Shown here: one piece after another, positions 24,700 through 38,265 of the stretch | Position numbering within the stretch: position 1 is the stretch's first letter | Layout: every line of letters starts with the position of its first letter | Assembly (NCBI GenBank): GCA_030704615.1 | Contig: CM060733.1 | Location: 31,124,001 to 31,188,000 of the forward strand | From: Takakia lepidozioides | Taxonomy: Eukaryota > Plantae > Bryophyta | Length of the DNA stretch: 64,000 nucleotides | Direction of reading: 5' to 3' | Program-made: the position numbers and the translations under genes | The notes under the pieces: model-generated | The model's input: the letters and a program-made list of their open reading frames with translations, nothing else | Database searches by the model: none | Told to the model about the DNA's origin: nothing

Positions 24700-24890
24700 T
24701 TTGTTTGATGCTCTAAGGCGGGATTTCTGCCCTGAGAGAAAGAAAGAAGGAGGGACTTGACATTGAATGTTGGTAAACAAAGATGTAAACATACCCTTGA
24801 CAGATTTGATGAGAGCTTCTCTCTGGTGAAAGAACTCATGACACACAAGGGCAATTGCAATTTTCTATTCCTCTCGGGTCTATTTGATGT
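24700..24890 (-). mobile_element. Degenerate LINE 3' fragment
   Basis: Nucleotide similarity to ~12360-12530. Confidence 0.55.
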
Positions 24891-25931
24891 CAAAGGTGCC
24901 TTGAATATTTTATGGTTTCTTAATGCTGATTTCAGGTTTCAAGTTTCTTCTCTCTCTCTCTTTGCCCATGTGTTTCAAGTTTCTTTGCCCATGTGTTTCT
25001 TCTCTCTGTCTCTCTCTATTTGCCCATGTTTCTTCTCTATCTCTTTGTCCATGTGCTTGTTAAAATAATGGTTTGAGAACCTTAGCCCTGCAATTTAAGC
25101 TCCAATAGGCTGAATAGGGACAGGAGCAACAGGAGCTGCATAGGAGCAGCACGGGCAACAAATACATTCCAGCAGGGCAGAGATAAAATAGAGGTACAAA
25201 CACAATTCTAAATTGCAGCATGTATAATAGATGACTCGTTTTGAATTATCTTGAGGTTGAACTTGATTTTGATTTCTTTAGTTTGATTTCATTGGTCCAC
25301 CAATTGACAGTTGTCTGCCTTGTTTGCAGGTTAAAGAGAGTGAGGTTGGAGCAGACTCATGGCCAGGATAACTCAATGAACGCACCTAGAGCAAATCAAT
25401 AGAACAGACAATCACACACACCTAGAATTAATTAAAAATGCAGACACACACGCACACACCTAGAGCGAATCTCTCACACACACAAATCTCGAGTAAATTT
25501 GGAGTATTCTCCAATGTAGTTCGACATAATGTTGCCCGATTTTGCAAAGTATGTCTATTGTAATATCAACATAATGTGCAATGTAGGTGGACATCAAGAC
25601 GACTCTCTTGTAAACAATCTTGACATTGATGTCGAGGTACATTAACGCATGTAGGCATTTCGGGACCCTAGTATGGGTGTAGATGTTTCGGTCCCATGTA
25701 TGGGTGTCATATATTGCCAACCATCTACATGAGCACTTTTGTTATAGCTGTCCGACAAGGGGAGGGAACCTCGACATGAATGTCAAGGTTTAGAGGCATC
25801 ATGTATAAATTGAACATCTCTCAGTTTTCCAGTGTATGTAAGCAGGTTGCTAATGAACATTTTAAACTTCCTGGACATTAATGTCAAGGTTCAGGACTCT
25901 CATATTAGTGTCGAGGAGGGGGAGGTAAGCC

Positions 25932-26936
25932 TGTTAGAGGACTGTCAGGGACTTAGACACTTTTACAGGATCTGAGGAGTACCCTTAATTTTTGCACAGA
26001 CTGAGACCAACAGGAGCCTTAGGGGTGACAACAGCGCAATGTAGAGGGGGGTTACACAGCCAACACAGCCTGTCACAGCCAACACAGCCCGTCACAGCAG
26101 TCACAGCCCGACACAGCCCAACACAGTCGCACAGCCAGTCACAGCCCGACACAGCCCAACACAGAAGCACAGCCAGTCACAGCCCGTCACAGCCACACAG
26201 CCAGTCACAGCTTGACACAGCTGTCACGACCATAGGGAACGGATAGCAGGACAGGGAATGACTGTGGGGAACAACATCTGCGAATGGAACATGATTAGTT
26301 CACGGACGACGGTTAGTGAGGAAAACGGTTAGAACAACGGGTAGGAAAATAAAGCGAGGAGCGAGGACTGGAGGAGGATCACTTCTGGAGATCACGGCGG
26401 GGGAATCGGTTCTTGACATGGATTGTGGAGATCACTTCTTGACATGACTTCGGGAGGGGACTTCGGACATACGGAGGGAAATGAGGCAGAGAGCGTATCT
26501 ATGAGCAGAAAGAGGGAGAACACGGAGCAGAAGGAGGATGATCTGTGATGCTTAATAGAAGCAAACAGTAGAATTATAATGTAGAGCAGATTAGAGACTC
26601 CAGGGCTTTAGCCTGATACTTGATAGATATTAATCTGATACATACTTTATACTCACACTGTGTAGAGAGATCTGAGTGAAGCTGTGGAATGAATGGATGA
26701 GTTGATGGAATCCGATAGATTGATGAAGCAAACGGATACTTAATTATCAATAGTAAGGTAGCTAGCTAACATGAATGCGGAAAGGAAAACAAATAGGAAA
26801 CACCCCCATGATACAGTAGCTGTAGGTCATGACTGATTGTTCTGAGCGAGCTGAGTACTTAGAGATTTCCAACTCTTCTATCTTGGAGTTTCCGCCTCGG
26901 ATAGCAAAGGGATGGGTGAGTAAAAGCTGCGCGACA
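25932..26936 (+). repeat. 5' LTR containing a CACAGC-rich minisatellite
   Basis: Direct repeat of 38266-39295 with few substitutions and a different repeat count. Confidence 0.97.
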
Positions 26937-27524
26937 TTTGGCGACCATACTGGGAAACTGGGTCATGAACAACCAGATGTGACAGGCATCTGGTGGGATC
27001 ATGGTGGATGGAGAATTAAAGAATTTGATGTGAATCAAATTCCTTGTGAAACCAAGAAGGAAAGATTGTCCAAACGATTCTTCCAGAGGTTTTTGGAATT
27101 GCCAGACGGTTGTAAAGAAAACATTCTTAAGAGAGTGCATGATGCTGACCCAGAGTGGGGTCTGGAGAAAGGAGTGATAAAGATTTATCAAGTGGCCTGT
27201 AGAGGAAGAGCGCGTTGGTTACCAACATTGGTATATGTGATAGCATTGCTATCCATTAAGCGAGTAGAGTTTGAAGGCTGGGAGGAAAGAAAAGTGAATG
27301 TTTATACTCATATGCATGAAAAGCTTGTACTGGTAAAGAATTGGATTCCAAAGGATATTTTGTGGATCAAACTCACACCAAGAACAGCTTTCCAGACTTG
27401 TTTGCCATATGGTTATATGGTAACGGAGACTTCAAGTATAGCCAAGGGTGCATTGAAGCTTGAAAGAAACCCAGGCATATACGAGAGATATTACAGAAGA
27501 GAGTTTTGGTTATTGCCACATTAA
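26829..27524 (+). CDS. Upstream extra ORF of the LTR element, unknown function
   Basis: 231-aa open frame that starts in the LTR and crosses the PBS. No recognisable domain. Confidence 0.4.
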   Translation: MTDCSERAEYLEISNSSILEFPPRIAKGWVSKSCATFGDHTGKLGHEQPDVTGIWWDHGGWRIKEFDVNQIPCETKKERLSKRFFQRFLELPDGCKENILKRVHDADPEWGLEKGVIKIYQVACRGRARWLPTLVYVIALLSIKRVEFEGWEERKVNVYTHMHEKLVLVKNWIPKDILWIKLTPRTAFQTCLPYGYMVTETSSIAKGALKLERNPGIYERYYRREFWLLPH

Positions 27525-27546
27525 AAAGAAATGAAAGACATGAGAC

Positions 27547-30500
27547 ATGAGTGATGAAAGAGAAGCTAGACGCCAGAGATATTCAGCAAAAAGAGAAAGC
27601 TATCTGAAAGCTAATTATCCATATCTTTGGGAGAGAGGAATAGACATAGGGGAATCATCTGGACCTCTCACGCCATTAAGATCAAAGAGTACATCACCCA
27701 TTCCAGAAGAACTAGAGTTGGATGCCACTCCTTTTGTTTCTTTGCAAGAAAGATTAAGGGAATTGGTACGGGAAGAAGATCAATCACGAGGTGAAAGATC
27801 TGAGGTACATCCCTGGATAAAAGATTTGACGGAAATCTTTGATAAGAGTTGGCATGGAATACCAAAAGCAGGAACTCCAATTTCTGAAGCGGAAGGTTAA
27901 GGAGGAAGAGAGGATGTGGCAGAGCCAACGGAGAGTTCAGACTATCCAACACCATTGCAGTTGAGTTACATGAGTGAAGAAGAAACCCAAGGGCAGAACT
28001 TGGAGGATGAAAACAGAGAGAAGAAATTGGAAGAGGAAGAATATGAAGAAGTAGACCCAACAGCTGAGGTTGAGACTACAACCAGGACATCCCAACCCGT
28101 TGGACCTGGATCAAGTGGAGCACTTGGATCACAGGCCAACGAAGGTGTCGGCTCAGGAGGATCAGGCGGGCTGCCTGGATCTGGCTCTGGGGGGACATGG
28201 AGTGTGGGAATTAGTGCAACTGAAGCTGGGAATACTGTGAATATCGTGGGGCCGGAAGCAGGGAGTGCTCAAGGGCCACCACTTGGTGGAAGATCCACCA
28301 CAACTACAACAGGTCCTGAAGGACCAGCACCAGCAAGGGTGCCAGCACCTGTCAGTGGGCAGAAGGTAGGGCCACAGATGGCGTTACAACCAACACGGGC
28401 AAAACCACCTTTTCCAATATATTCAGGAAAAGGGGATCCCGATGTACACATTAGCCAATTTGAGCACATGTGTATAGTGAACAATGAGAATGGCGATGAT
28501 GCCAAGATGAGATTGTTTCCTTGTTCACTTATCAAGAAAGCAAGTGAATGGTATGCAAGATTCCCTGATAATCATTTCCTAACCTGGAATGGCTTGAATA
28601 CAACATCCCGAAATAGGTTCAGGACAAGTAAAACAAAGGATGAAGTGTATGGAAGTTTACAACAGTTAAAGCAAAAGAAGCATGAAACTGTTGAGGAGTA
28701 TAAGGAAAAGATGGAATTGATGATGAAAAAGCTGGCTGCAGTACCAGCACCCGGTTTACAGAAGACTTGGTTTGTGAGTGGACTAAGACCAGAGTTGCAA
28801 AAGAAAGTGGATATGTTACCTCATAATACAGTGGAGGAGGCATTTGAAACTGCAAACAGAATTGAGCAATTGGGAATGCTCAGGAGAGAGAAAAGGGATG
28901 ATGAGGACTCTGAGGATGAGTCAGATGAAGAAGAAGAGCAAGAACTAAAAAGGAAGAGTAAGAGAAAGGAGAAATTGAAGAGGGATAACTATGAGAAAAG
29001 ATTGGAAGAAATCTTGAAGAAGTATGCCACAGAGGCTGCAACACATTGGAGGAAGGGTGTATGGTGTGCAAAGTGCCAGAATGAAGGCCATACCACCACT
29101 GAATGCCACATGAAGGAGAAACACTGTACTATCTGTAAAATGGATAACCATTCTACTGAGAATTGTTACTACAACAGAAGGACAGCTGCTAGAGAACCTA
29201 GGCAAGTAAGGGTGCATCAGGTGCAGCCCCAGCCAAGAAGAAACAATGATCAGGACCACTATGGTAGGTCTGGTGGTTATAACAATGGCATGGAAGGGAG
29301 AGGTAATTCAAGAGGGAATTACCAAGGGAATTCCAGAGGCAACTATCAGGGTAATCCAAGGGGGAATTACCAGCCCGGGAATCAGGATTACAGAAATAAT
29401 CCAAGAGCAGACCAAGGGCGAGGACCCAAAGGTGAAGAACTGTGTTACTATTGTAATCAAGCCAGGACATCGCAAGGCAGCCTGTTCATTCTGGATTAGA
29501 CACCAGAATGAGATGAGAGCTCCTGTGAATGAGGGCCCAGTGGTGGCAGCTCGCATGGTTAGGCCATGCGTTGTACCAGAAGTAAGTACAATGATAGTAA
29601 CAAGAAGTAAAGCCAAACTAATACCTCCAGTAGTAGAGGAAGAAGATGATAATGAAGGTGGCAGTGATATGCCTGAAGATGATGAGGCTTGGAGAGATGA
29701 GAAGGAACTGCACAAGGAAGTGGCAGATACCATAAGGGAAATGCAGAAGAGTACTGATATTCCTGTGGCAGATTCCTGTGATTCTGATGGAGAAGAAGAA
29801 GTGAGTGAGGAGGAAAGGAAGAAAGAAGATGCAGACATGCAAAGTAATGAAGAGACTTTGGCTGAAGTAATATGCCAGACCAAAGCAGAAATTACCATTG
29901 GACAGCTATTGGCTGTGGCACCTTATTGTAGGCACAGGCTGTATCAAGCAATCAATCGAATTGCCCAGGAGACAGGAAACACAGACCTGAACAGCAAGGT
30001 GACCAGTTATACTGTGAAACCGGAAGGGTGAGAAACAGTCATGGACTTTGATGATTCTATGCCAGTAATCCAATTGAGAATTGGAAGCACAGAACTAACT
30101 GATGTACTGATAGATGGAGGTTCTGGAGTGAATATCATGACAGACCAATTGAGAAAGAAGCTTGGTCTAAGTAACATGAAACCAGCCCCATTTACAGTAA
30201 CAATGGCAGATCAAAGAAGTGTACAGCCATTGGGATTAATAAGAGGAGTTAAGATACAGATACAGAAGATGATCTTTATGATCACAGTAACTGTGTTAAA
30301 GATGGATGAAGTCATGGAGGCTTACTCCTTATTATTGGGACGTCCGTGGCTGAAACAGACCAGGGTATTCCATGACTGGAATTCTCAGTTACTAACCGTG
30401 CATAATGGGATACACGAGATACAAATTACCACAAAGAAATCTAGTAGATTACCTGCTACAAGAAGACCTCGAGGAGTCATAGAGTATGACTGGAGAGAAG

Positions 30501-33500
30501 GACTGGATGAGGAGCAGGAAGCTACCCTGTTTGCTGCACACCCAGAGTGGGAGCAAGTTGCAGAGATGCGGCTGGAAAGCCTAAGTTGTTTAAGAGGTAT
30601 CTGCTGTGGTGTAGTGACAGCAACACCAACTGAAGAGGAAACCAGCAGTTACCCATCACATTTCTATGAAGAAAGAGAAGGAGAAATGGAAATCCTAGAG
30701 GAACCAGCCACTGTGAGCTTACAGGATGAAGTGGTGACTGGTTGGACAATCACAGCTGATGAGCAGGTGAGGGAAGTGAATGTGGGAACTAAAGAGGAAC
30801 CGAGGATGGTGAAAGTAGGAGCTGATTTGGAGCCAGAATTCTTTGAAGAAGCTAAGAGCTTGTTCATCAAATACAGAGATGTATTTGCTTGGAGCTATGA
30901 GGATCTAAAAGGGATACCACCTGAAGTCTGTCAGCATAAGATTGAACTGGAACCAGGGTCAGTACCAATCAAGCAGGCGAGGTACAGAATGAATCCCAAC
31001 TACGCACAGAAGGTTGGAGAAGAGATCAAGAAGTTGGCTGAGGCTAAGTTTATATCCCCAATAGAGTATACAACTTGGTTGTCACCCATTGTTATAGTTC
31101 CCAAGAAGAATGGTAAACTAAGAGTATGTGTGAACTACAAGAAGCTGAATGCTTGTACGAAGAAAGATCCTTTTCCTTTGCCATTCACAAAAGCAGTATT
31201 GGACACTGTGGCAGGCCATGAGATGTACTCATTCATGGATGGTTTCAGTGGTTATAATCAAGTGCAAGTGGCAGAAGAAGACCAAGGAAAAACAGGTTTC
31301 ATCACAGACTGGGGTGCTTATGCATACAAAGTCATGCCCTTTGGACTTTGTAATGCACCAGCGACCTTTCAGAGAGTGATAAGTGAATCTTTTCATGAGT
31401 ATCTGGATGATTTCATGCAGGTGTTCTTGGATGATTTCAGTGTGTACAGCTCTAAGAATGAGCACTTGCATAAATTGGAGTTATGCTTGGCCAGATGCAG
31501 GATGAGAGGTCTGGGCCTGAATCCAGAGAAGTGTACTTTCTGTGTGAACTCAGGGGTGCTTCTGGGACACATTGTGTGTAAGAGGGGACTTCTTGTGGAT
31601 CCCAGGAAAACAGAGGCCATTAAAGCCTCTCCACCACCAGTGAATGTTAAGAGTCTAAGGAGATTCCTTGGGCAAACCAGTTATTACAGAAGATTTGTCA
31701 AAAGGTATGCACAAATAGCAGCACCATTGAGCAAACTTCTGAAGAAAGATGCAGTGTTTGCCTGGACAGCTGAATGTCAACAGGCGTTTGAGGAACTTAC
31801 ACTGTCAGTAACAACTACACCTGTGCTGATTAACCCTCACTGGCATGTAGTATTTCATGTTCATTGTGATGCGTCAGGAGAAGCGTTGGGAGCGGTGTTA
31901 GCCCAGAATGTTACAGGAAATATAGATTCACCTGTGTACTATGCTAGCAGGTTGATGAACAGTGCTGAAAGGAACTATAGCACAACTGAAAGAGAAGCAT
32001 TGGCAATGATTTATGCAGTCAAGAAATTCAGGCATTACCTATTGGGAAGAAAGTTTATGTTTTATGTGGATCACCAGGCTCTGATATATCTGGTGAACAA
32101 ACCTTTGATAAGTGGAAGGATAGCGAGGTGGTTAATAATCCTGCATGAGTTTGAGTTCGAAGTTATTTACAAGCCTGGCCGTTTGCATCTTGTGGCAGAT
32201 CATTTGTCACGACTAACAACATGAGAGGCAGCCACAGGAGTGGACGATCAGTTACCTGATGCGAGTTTATTTGTAATGGAGGTGCAAGGAAGTGCAGATG
32301 AATGGTTAGATTGGCAGTGGCCAATCAGATACTACCTTACTCATGGTCAATGCCCACCTAGTTATGGTAAGGAGCAGAGGAAGAGAATCGCTATCAAAGC
32401 TCTACCTTACACTATGGTAGGGAGCAGAATGTATAAGCTAGGACCTGATGGAGTACTAAAACGATGCTTGTACCACCATGAAGTAAATAAAGTTTTGGAG
32501 GAAGTTCATAAAGGAGTGGCTGGAGGTCATTGTGGAGAAGAGACTACCAGTAGAAAGATACTACTCGCAGGTTACTGGTGGCCTACTTTGTTCAAAGATG
32601 TACACAAGTATTGTCAGAGTTGTGATGAATGTCAGAGGCTGGGACCTTTGCAGAGATCTGGGAAATGTCTTTGCATCCTACAATGCCTACGGAACCATTT
32701 CAGAAATGGGGACTAGACTTTGTTGGACCAATTAACCCACCAGCCAAGAATACACAGAACAGGTACATAATTACAGCCACAGATTATACTACGAAGTGGG
32801 TGGAAGCTAAAGCTTTGAGGGACAACACAGCCAAGTCCACAACAAGGTTTCTATATGAGAACATACTTACACGATTTGGCTGTCCCTTGGAATTTATCAG
32901 TGATCAAGGAAGTCACTTCATTAATGAGACCATTGAATTGTTGACTAAAGAGTTCATGATTGTGCATAGGAAAAGTACAACATATTACCCACAGGGTAAT
33001 GGGCAGGCAGAGGCTACCAACAAAATACTATGTACTATCTTGGCTAAGATAGTCAATGCAAACAGAACGGATTGGGATACAAAGCTGCTGACAGCTTTGT
33101 GGTCATACAGGACTTCATATAAAGTCACCACTAAGTATACACCATTCCAATTAGTTTATGGTATGGAAGTCTTACTTCCAGTGGAATTCCTGTTACCTAC
33201 CATGAGAACGGAATGGGGAAAGAGAATGGAATTGCAAGATTCCATTAAGGTCATGAAACATGAATTATACCATGTAGAAGAAGTACGTGCAGATGCAGCT
33301 AATAATATGACCAGAATTCAGATGAAGAGAAAGGAACAGTTTGATGAAGGCAAGTTAAAGACTTTTAAGACGGGGGATTTGGTTCTATGGTTACAGAAGA
33401 AAGGAAAGATTAAAGCTTCTAAGCTTAAATCACCATGGAAAGGACCTTATGTCATACAAAAGATGTATGATAACAACACCGCCATGTTACAAACCATTAA

Positions 33501-33927
33501 CAAAGAGATGCTGGGAAGAGTCAATGCTAATAAGTTGAAGGGGTACACTGGTATCCATGACAAACCATTGCAGCATGATTTGCATGTTAAAACGCAAAAG
33601 AAGTCATGGGCTGCACCCGTGATACCAACGGAGTATGGAACACTTGACGCTAGGTCGAGCATATATGACCAGGGCGGGCAGAACAAGCGAGAAACAGCCT
33701 ATCACAGCCCATCACGACGTGACACAGCCTATCACAGCCCATCACGACATGACACAACATATCACAGCCCAGCACGGAGCAATACAGCCTATCACAGCCC
33801 ATCAAAGCGTGACACAGCCTATCACAGCCTATCACGGAGCAGCACAGCCTATCACAACCTACCACAACGTGTCACAGCCTATCACAGCTTACCACAGTGC
33901 ATCACATCCTATCACAACGTACCATAG
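27547..33927 (+). pseudogene. gag-pol polyprotein (Gag, three Zn knuckles, PR, RT, RNase H, IN), disrupted
   Basis: Gag (YSGKGDPDVH..LFPCSL..ASEWY), CCHC x3, PR LIDGGS, RT FLDD, RH CDASG, IN HHCC and core (WGLDFVGP, SDQG, QAE). In-frame stops end at 27900, 30031 and 32224; frameshifts at ~29460 and ~32660. Confidence 0.95.
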
Positions 33928-33960
33928 TATGACACAGCCTGTCACAGCTCAACACAGCCT
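33690..33960 (+). repeat. 30-bp tandem repeat at the integrase C-terminus (TAYHSPSRRD-like units)
   Basis: About 8 units of acagcctatcacagcccatcacgacgtgac. Confidence 0.9.
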
Positions 33961-34455
33961 ACTAGGGTTACACAATCCATAGAATCAGTAACAGGTGGAC
34001 GCACATTAACTTTAGGAAAATGGCCGACGGAAGAAAGGACGGAAATCAGTTTAAAAATAGACACGTGGAAGTCAGGGCGCGACACACAGCTGAGAAGGAA
34101 GTGCAAGAGCAGGTGTCATCAAGAAAGAGGACAAGAATGGCCGTCAAAGTACCTACTTAGCGCGTCAATTCAGATGAATGGCGGGCCCATTAATGAATAC
34201 GGAAAAAGGGGAACGGAACAAACGGCAAGTACAGAAAAGCGAAATTCTTGTCACATGTGTGATCCTAGTGGACAATCCAGCAGGGAAAGTCCACTAAAGA
34301 AAATTAAATCTAAAATCCAGTCACAGCAGATACAGCCAATCAAAAGCCAGAGAAGGGATCAAGAAATTGGAGGGAAATTAGGCGCAAGAGTCGGCGTCGT
34401 TCTAAGTAACGGGCGTCGCGAAGGGACAAACCATCAATGCGATAGCTTTGAAGCT

Positions 34456-37400
34456 ATGGAGGAACTAACAGACTATACGCTTGCAATACTACTTACGCAG
34501 TGGCATAGGGACGAAACAACAGAGCGGATCTTTTCTCTTGAGCGATGCTTGCAAGCCCCGCAGGCTTACAAGAAATTACCCATAGCTTTTTGTGGCAACC
34601 ATACGTTTATGCTTTGTGCACTACAGGCATTTCTGCAGTTGTTACAGCCAAAACATTTTTGTGGGTCTGAAATGAAGAGAGTGAGAGGAATGGAGGAAAT
34701 CAGGGTGAAGAGCACCACAATTCTGCAGAAACAAACGATTGCTACCCCACAGGCGATACAGATACTGAAGGAGCTGAGATTGCAAGGATTGCAAAGCATG
34801 GATTGGACATTGAACCATAGACAGTACATGTTACAATTCTTGCAGAACTTTGAGCCAAGGACAGGAACAACAACGGTGAAGGGAGTTGAATTAGTAATTA
34901 CTTCCCCTATACCTCCAGCAATTGTTTCGATTGCCAGCAGGTCAGGTGCATGTGGAGGAGCACAGGGCAAGACTGCAAATAGGGGACTTATTCCAAGAAG
35001 GGAGTTTCTTTAAAACTCAGGGTTATGCTTGTACCAAGGCCATGTACCTAGGGCTAAAGGAGGTAGGCCAGGTATTGAACGTTCTGTTTGCCATGAAACA
35101 GAACCAACAGTATTTGAGCAGATCCTTCGCGGAGGAAATACTCAAAGCCCTGAAAGGACAAGAGGTAGAATGGGCGGACATAATGTACAACGCACTGGTA
35201 GAGGAGATGAAAAGATTACAAGGTACTGCCGCAAAGTCTCCTATCATAGTGTCTGGCCCAATCATTGCTCAAATAATTCTTGATTCTGGCATACTTGATG
35301 CGCAAGAAAGAAAGGAGATGGGAGTGTTTGAGCCAGAAACCACTGCAATGGAAGAGCAAGGCTCTTCACACAGTGAGGGTGGACTAGCAGGGCAACCCGA
35401 GACTAAGAGGCAGAGACGGGGAAAGACTGTAGTGGCGGATCCACTGGCTTCACGGATTCCGCATGATAATGTTTCCCAAGCTCATGTGCAGGAAGGGGCA
35501 CAGCAGCACAGAGAACTGCTATTACTGGAAGCAGGACCTTCAGAGAGGGAAGAGGAAGTTACTTCAGTATCACAGCCATCACAACCAGAGGATCGGCTTG
35601 TCACAAGGTTACCACAAGTTGTCCATGCAGTTCAACCAGAAATAATTGATTTGGAAAAAGAAGGGTTAGATATTCCAACTACAGAACAGATAGTGGCAGA
35701 AATTGAGAAGGGGGACCTTCTCTATGAATATTCTGGTCTGATCAAGGAAACAGAGATTCCAGAGGCGCAACAGATGCCCAAGGGAAATCCTGAGATGCAT
35801 ATAGTACACACACCTGTGACGGAGGTACCACAGGTAGAATGCCAAGACACTGCAGCACCGGTGACGAATGAAGTGGTTCAGGAAAAAAATCTGGTGGGAC
35901 AATGGCCTGAGTGGTTCGTAAGACATCACACTGTTGAGGATCAGGGAGAACAGCAGCAAGCTCACCATGATGACCCTCAACAGGCAATGCTTATGAGTTC
36001 CATAGGCAGAACACTTAATTTGTTGGGGACTTATGTCAAATCCCATGTTCCAACTACCCAATTGACAGCCTTGAGAGAGGAACTCAGGAAGGAGTTTGAG
36101 GCTCGACTAGCCACTGAGTGTGCAAACAAAGTCGATGAAGAAGTCACTCTCAAGATGCAGCAAGACTTGGAGAATACAGAAGTGGCTTTGCAATTGGCCA
36201 AGCAACAATTGATTGAGGCAGGCCTCGCGCAAGACCAATTGCACGAAGCACATAAGCAACAGCTATACCAAATGCAGGTGAAGCATGAAAGCAAGTTGCA
36301 AGAAGTGAATGCACTACATATGGAGTTGCAGACAGTGCATGACAGAATGGCCATCTAATGTGCTACACTCACAACTATGCTTGACCAATCTACAAAAGAA
36401 ATAAACAGTCAAGCGGAAAAATGTACGAAGGCAGAAGAAGAGAATGTTGAGCAAATGAAACTCATTGTCGACATGAATAATACAATCTGTCGCAATGAGG
36501 ATACTTTCAAGCAATACAGGCAGGTTGAAGCTGACCAAGAGAGGTACATTCTGGAGTTGCAACAAACGGTCATAGCCAATAGAAATGAAATCTCGGTCAC
36601 TAACAAGGCTTGGAAGGAAGCCAATAATCTACTTGCTGCCTATGCAAATTTGGTTGAACCTCATGCGAAGCGCATGGAGGCTTTACAACAACAGTTAGAT
36701 GTGTACAAACAAAGAGAGGAGCACACTCTCAGAGGAACCACAAGCAACTTGGTGGATAACCACCTTATGCAGGTCTGGTTAGCACAAGGGCCAGTGGAGG
36801 GCAAAGCACCACGAAAGCTCACCCAAAGCGAGATGAATGAGCTCAGACTGCAAGTGCAGAATATTGCCACAATTACTATAGACAATGTCTATAGTAGAAT
36901 AGTAGAGTTACAGGAGGATGTAGACGGACTGCAGACTCAAGTGGAGGACCTCACTTCAAATATCGACAAAAGAGTCTATATACCTCAAGAACAGCTAATG
37001 GCTTCTTATTTACAAGCCAGAACTTTGGCTTTTCAGTCTTCACAGGAGGTGCAGGAGATGCCAATGATACAAGAGTCAATACCACCAACACCACAACAAG
37101 TCACTGTGCCAGTAGCTGACCCTGTTGTTACTACAACCACACCACAGCCACCACAGCTTGAGGTATGGGGCAATGCTGCTTTTAACCCACCTAAAACTCC
37201 AGCTGCAAGGGAGTACAGTACGGCTATGATTATGCCCTTCAACCAAATTCCCATCATGTTGGATTTGGCTTGGAAAGAATTTAGTCCTCCGCAGTCATTG
37301 GCACATTACTACCAAATCATGCGCATTTGGCTGCCAGTGGCAACTAGGACTAAAGTTCTTCCGAACAATCGACCAATTCATGATCATCACTTTGCACAAT

Positions 37401-38227
37401 ACTGGCATGAGGCAGGTACAATGTTGAGAGAATTAATTGCCTTCCAAGTTGTACATGGATTCATTTATACCAAGACCAAGGAGGTAGCGAGTATTGTCAT
37501 GGGATGTGGGTTATACTACGCTGCTTGTTTTCTAGTACGTTATCACATTGAGCAGCAAAAGATGCAATCGCGCTTTCTGAGTTATTCCAGTGGGGATCAT
37601 TGGGTCTTACCTTCAGTACCACCTCATATGTACCTATATGAGACAAATATTATGATGCAAAAGGATTCTCAAATTCGTTCATGGTTTCAAGCGGCCTGGA
37701 ACAATTTGTCAACACAGAAATTCGGCATTGATGATATTTTTTATAAGGGACATGAGGCATGGAAATACTTGCACAGTGCACAAGTAATTGGTACCCCACT
37801 CACCTGGACAGACAAGGAGCTCAGTGTCTTCACCAATTTTGCCGTTCAGCGTTTACAGCAAGTTTTAAAATATAAACTTCCAGACATGGTAGGACAACAT
37901 TGTATGCCCCAGAGGATTCCACAAAAAGTTCGACAATTAAAACACCTGAGAGGCGATGAGGATTCTGATACAACTGTTTCTTCAGCAGACTCTTTTGACA
38001 TGGCAGAAGACTATGCAATTCAGATGGCAGAAAAGAAGCGACGGGGGTCTCCTATGCCTGAAAGATTACCTCGATATCAGCCTCCAGAGGGCCTTACATA
38101 TCCAGGTAGTGTTCAATCATCTCCGTCAACCAGTGGCAGACCTCGGGCTCACACACAAAGTCCTTCACGAGACTCTCAACGTCAGAAGGGTGCTTACTCA
38201 CAAAGGTTTGCTAATCCCAAACAGTAA
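34456..38227 (+). pseudogene. Large extra 3' ORF (~1,250 codons when joined) of the LTR element
   Basis: ORFs 34174-35013, 34922-36358 and 36377-38227. The last two share a frame across one TAA, and there is a frameshift near 34910. Central part is coiled-coil-like. Confidence 0.75.
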
Positions 38228-38265
38228 ACCGTGAGGACACGGCTTTTTGAGAGGGGAAGGGGTAA

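Noticed and set aside
25992-26246. ORFs in the LTRs (also 38326-38577)
   Set aside because: Translation of the CACAGC minisatellite.
27547-33927. In-frame stops as programmed readthrough or U-to-C editing sites
   Set aside because: U-to-C editing is organellar. The number of lesions is compatible with the visible LTR divergence, and the RT also has a D-to-N change (CVNY).
33690-33960. CRISPR-like array
   Set aside because: Contiguous degenerate tandem units without unique spacers, in a eukaryotic retroelement.
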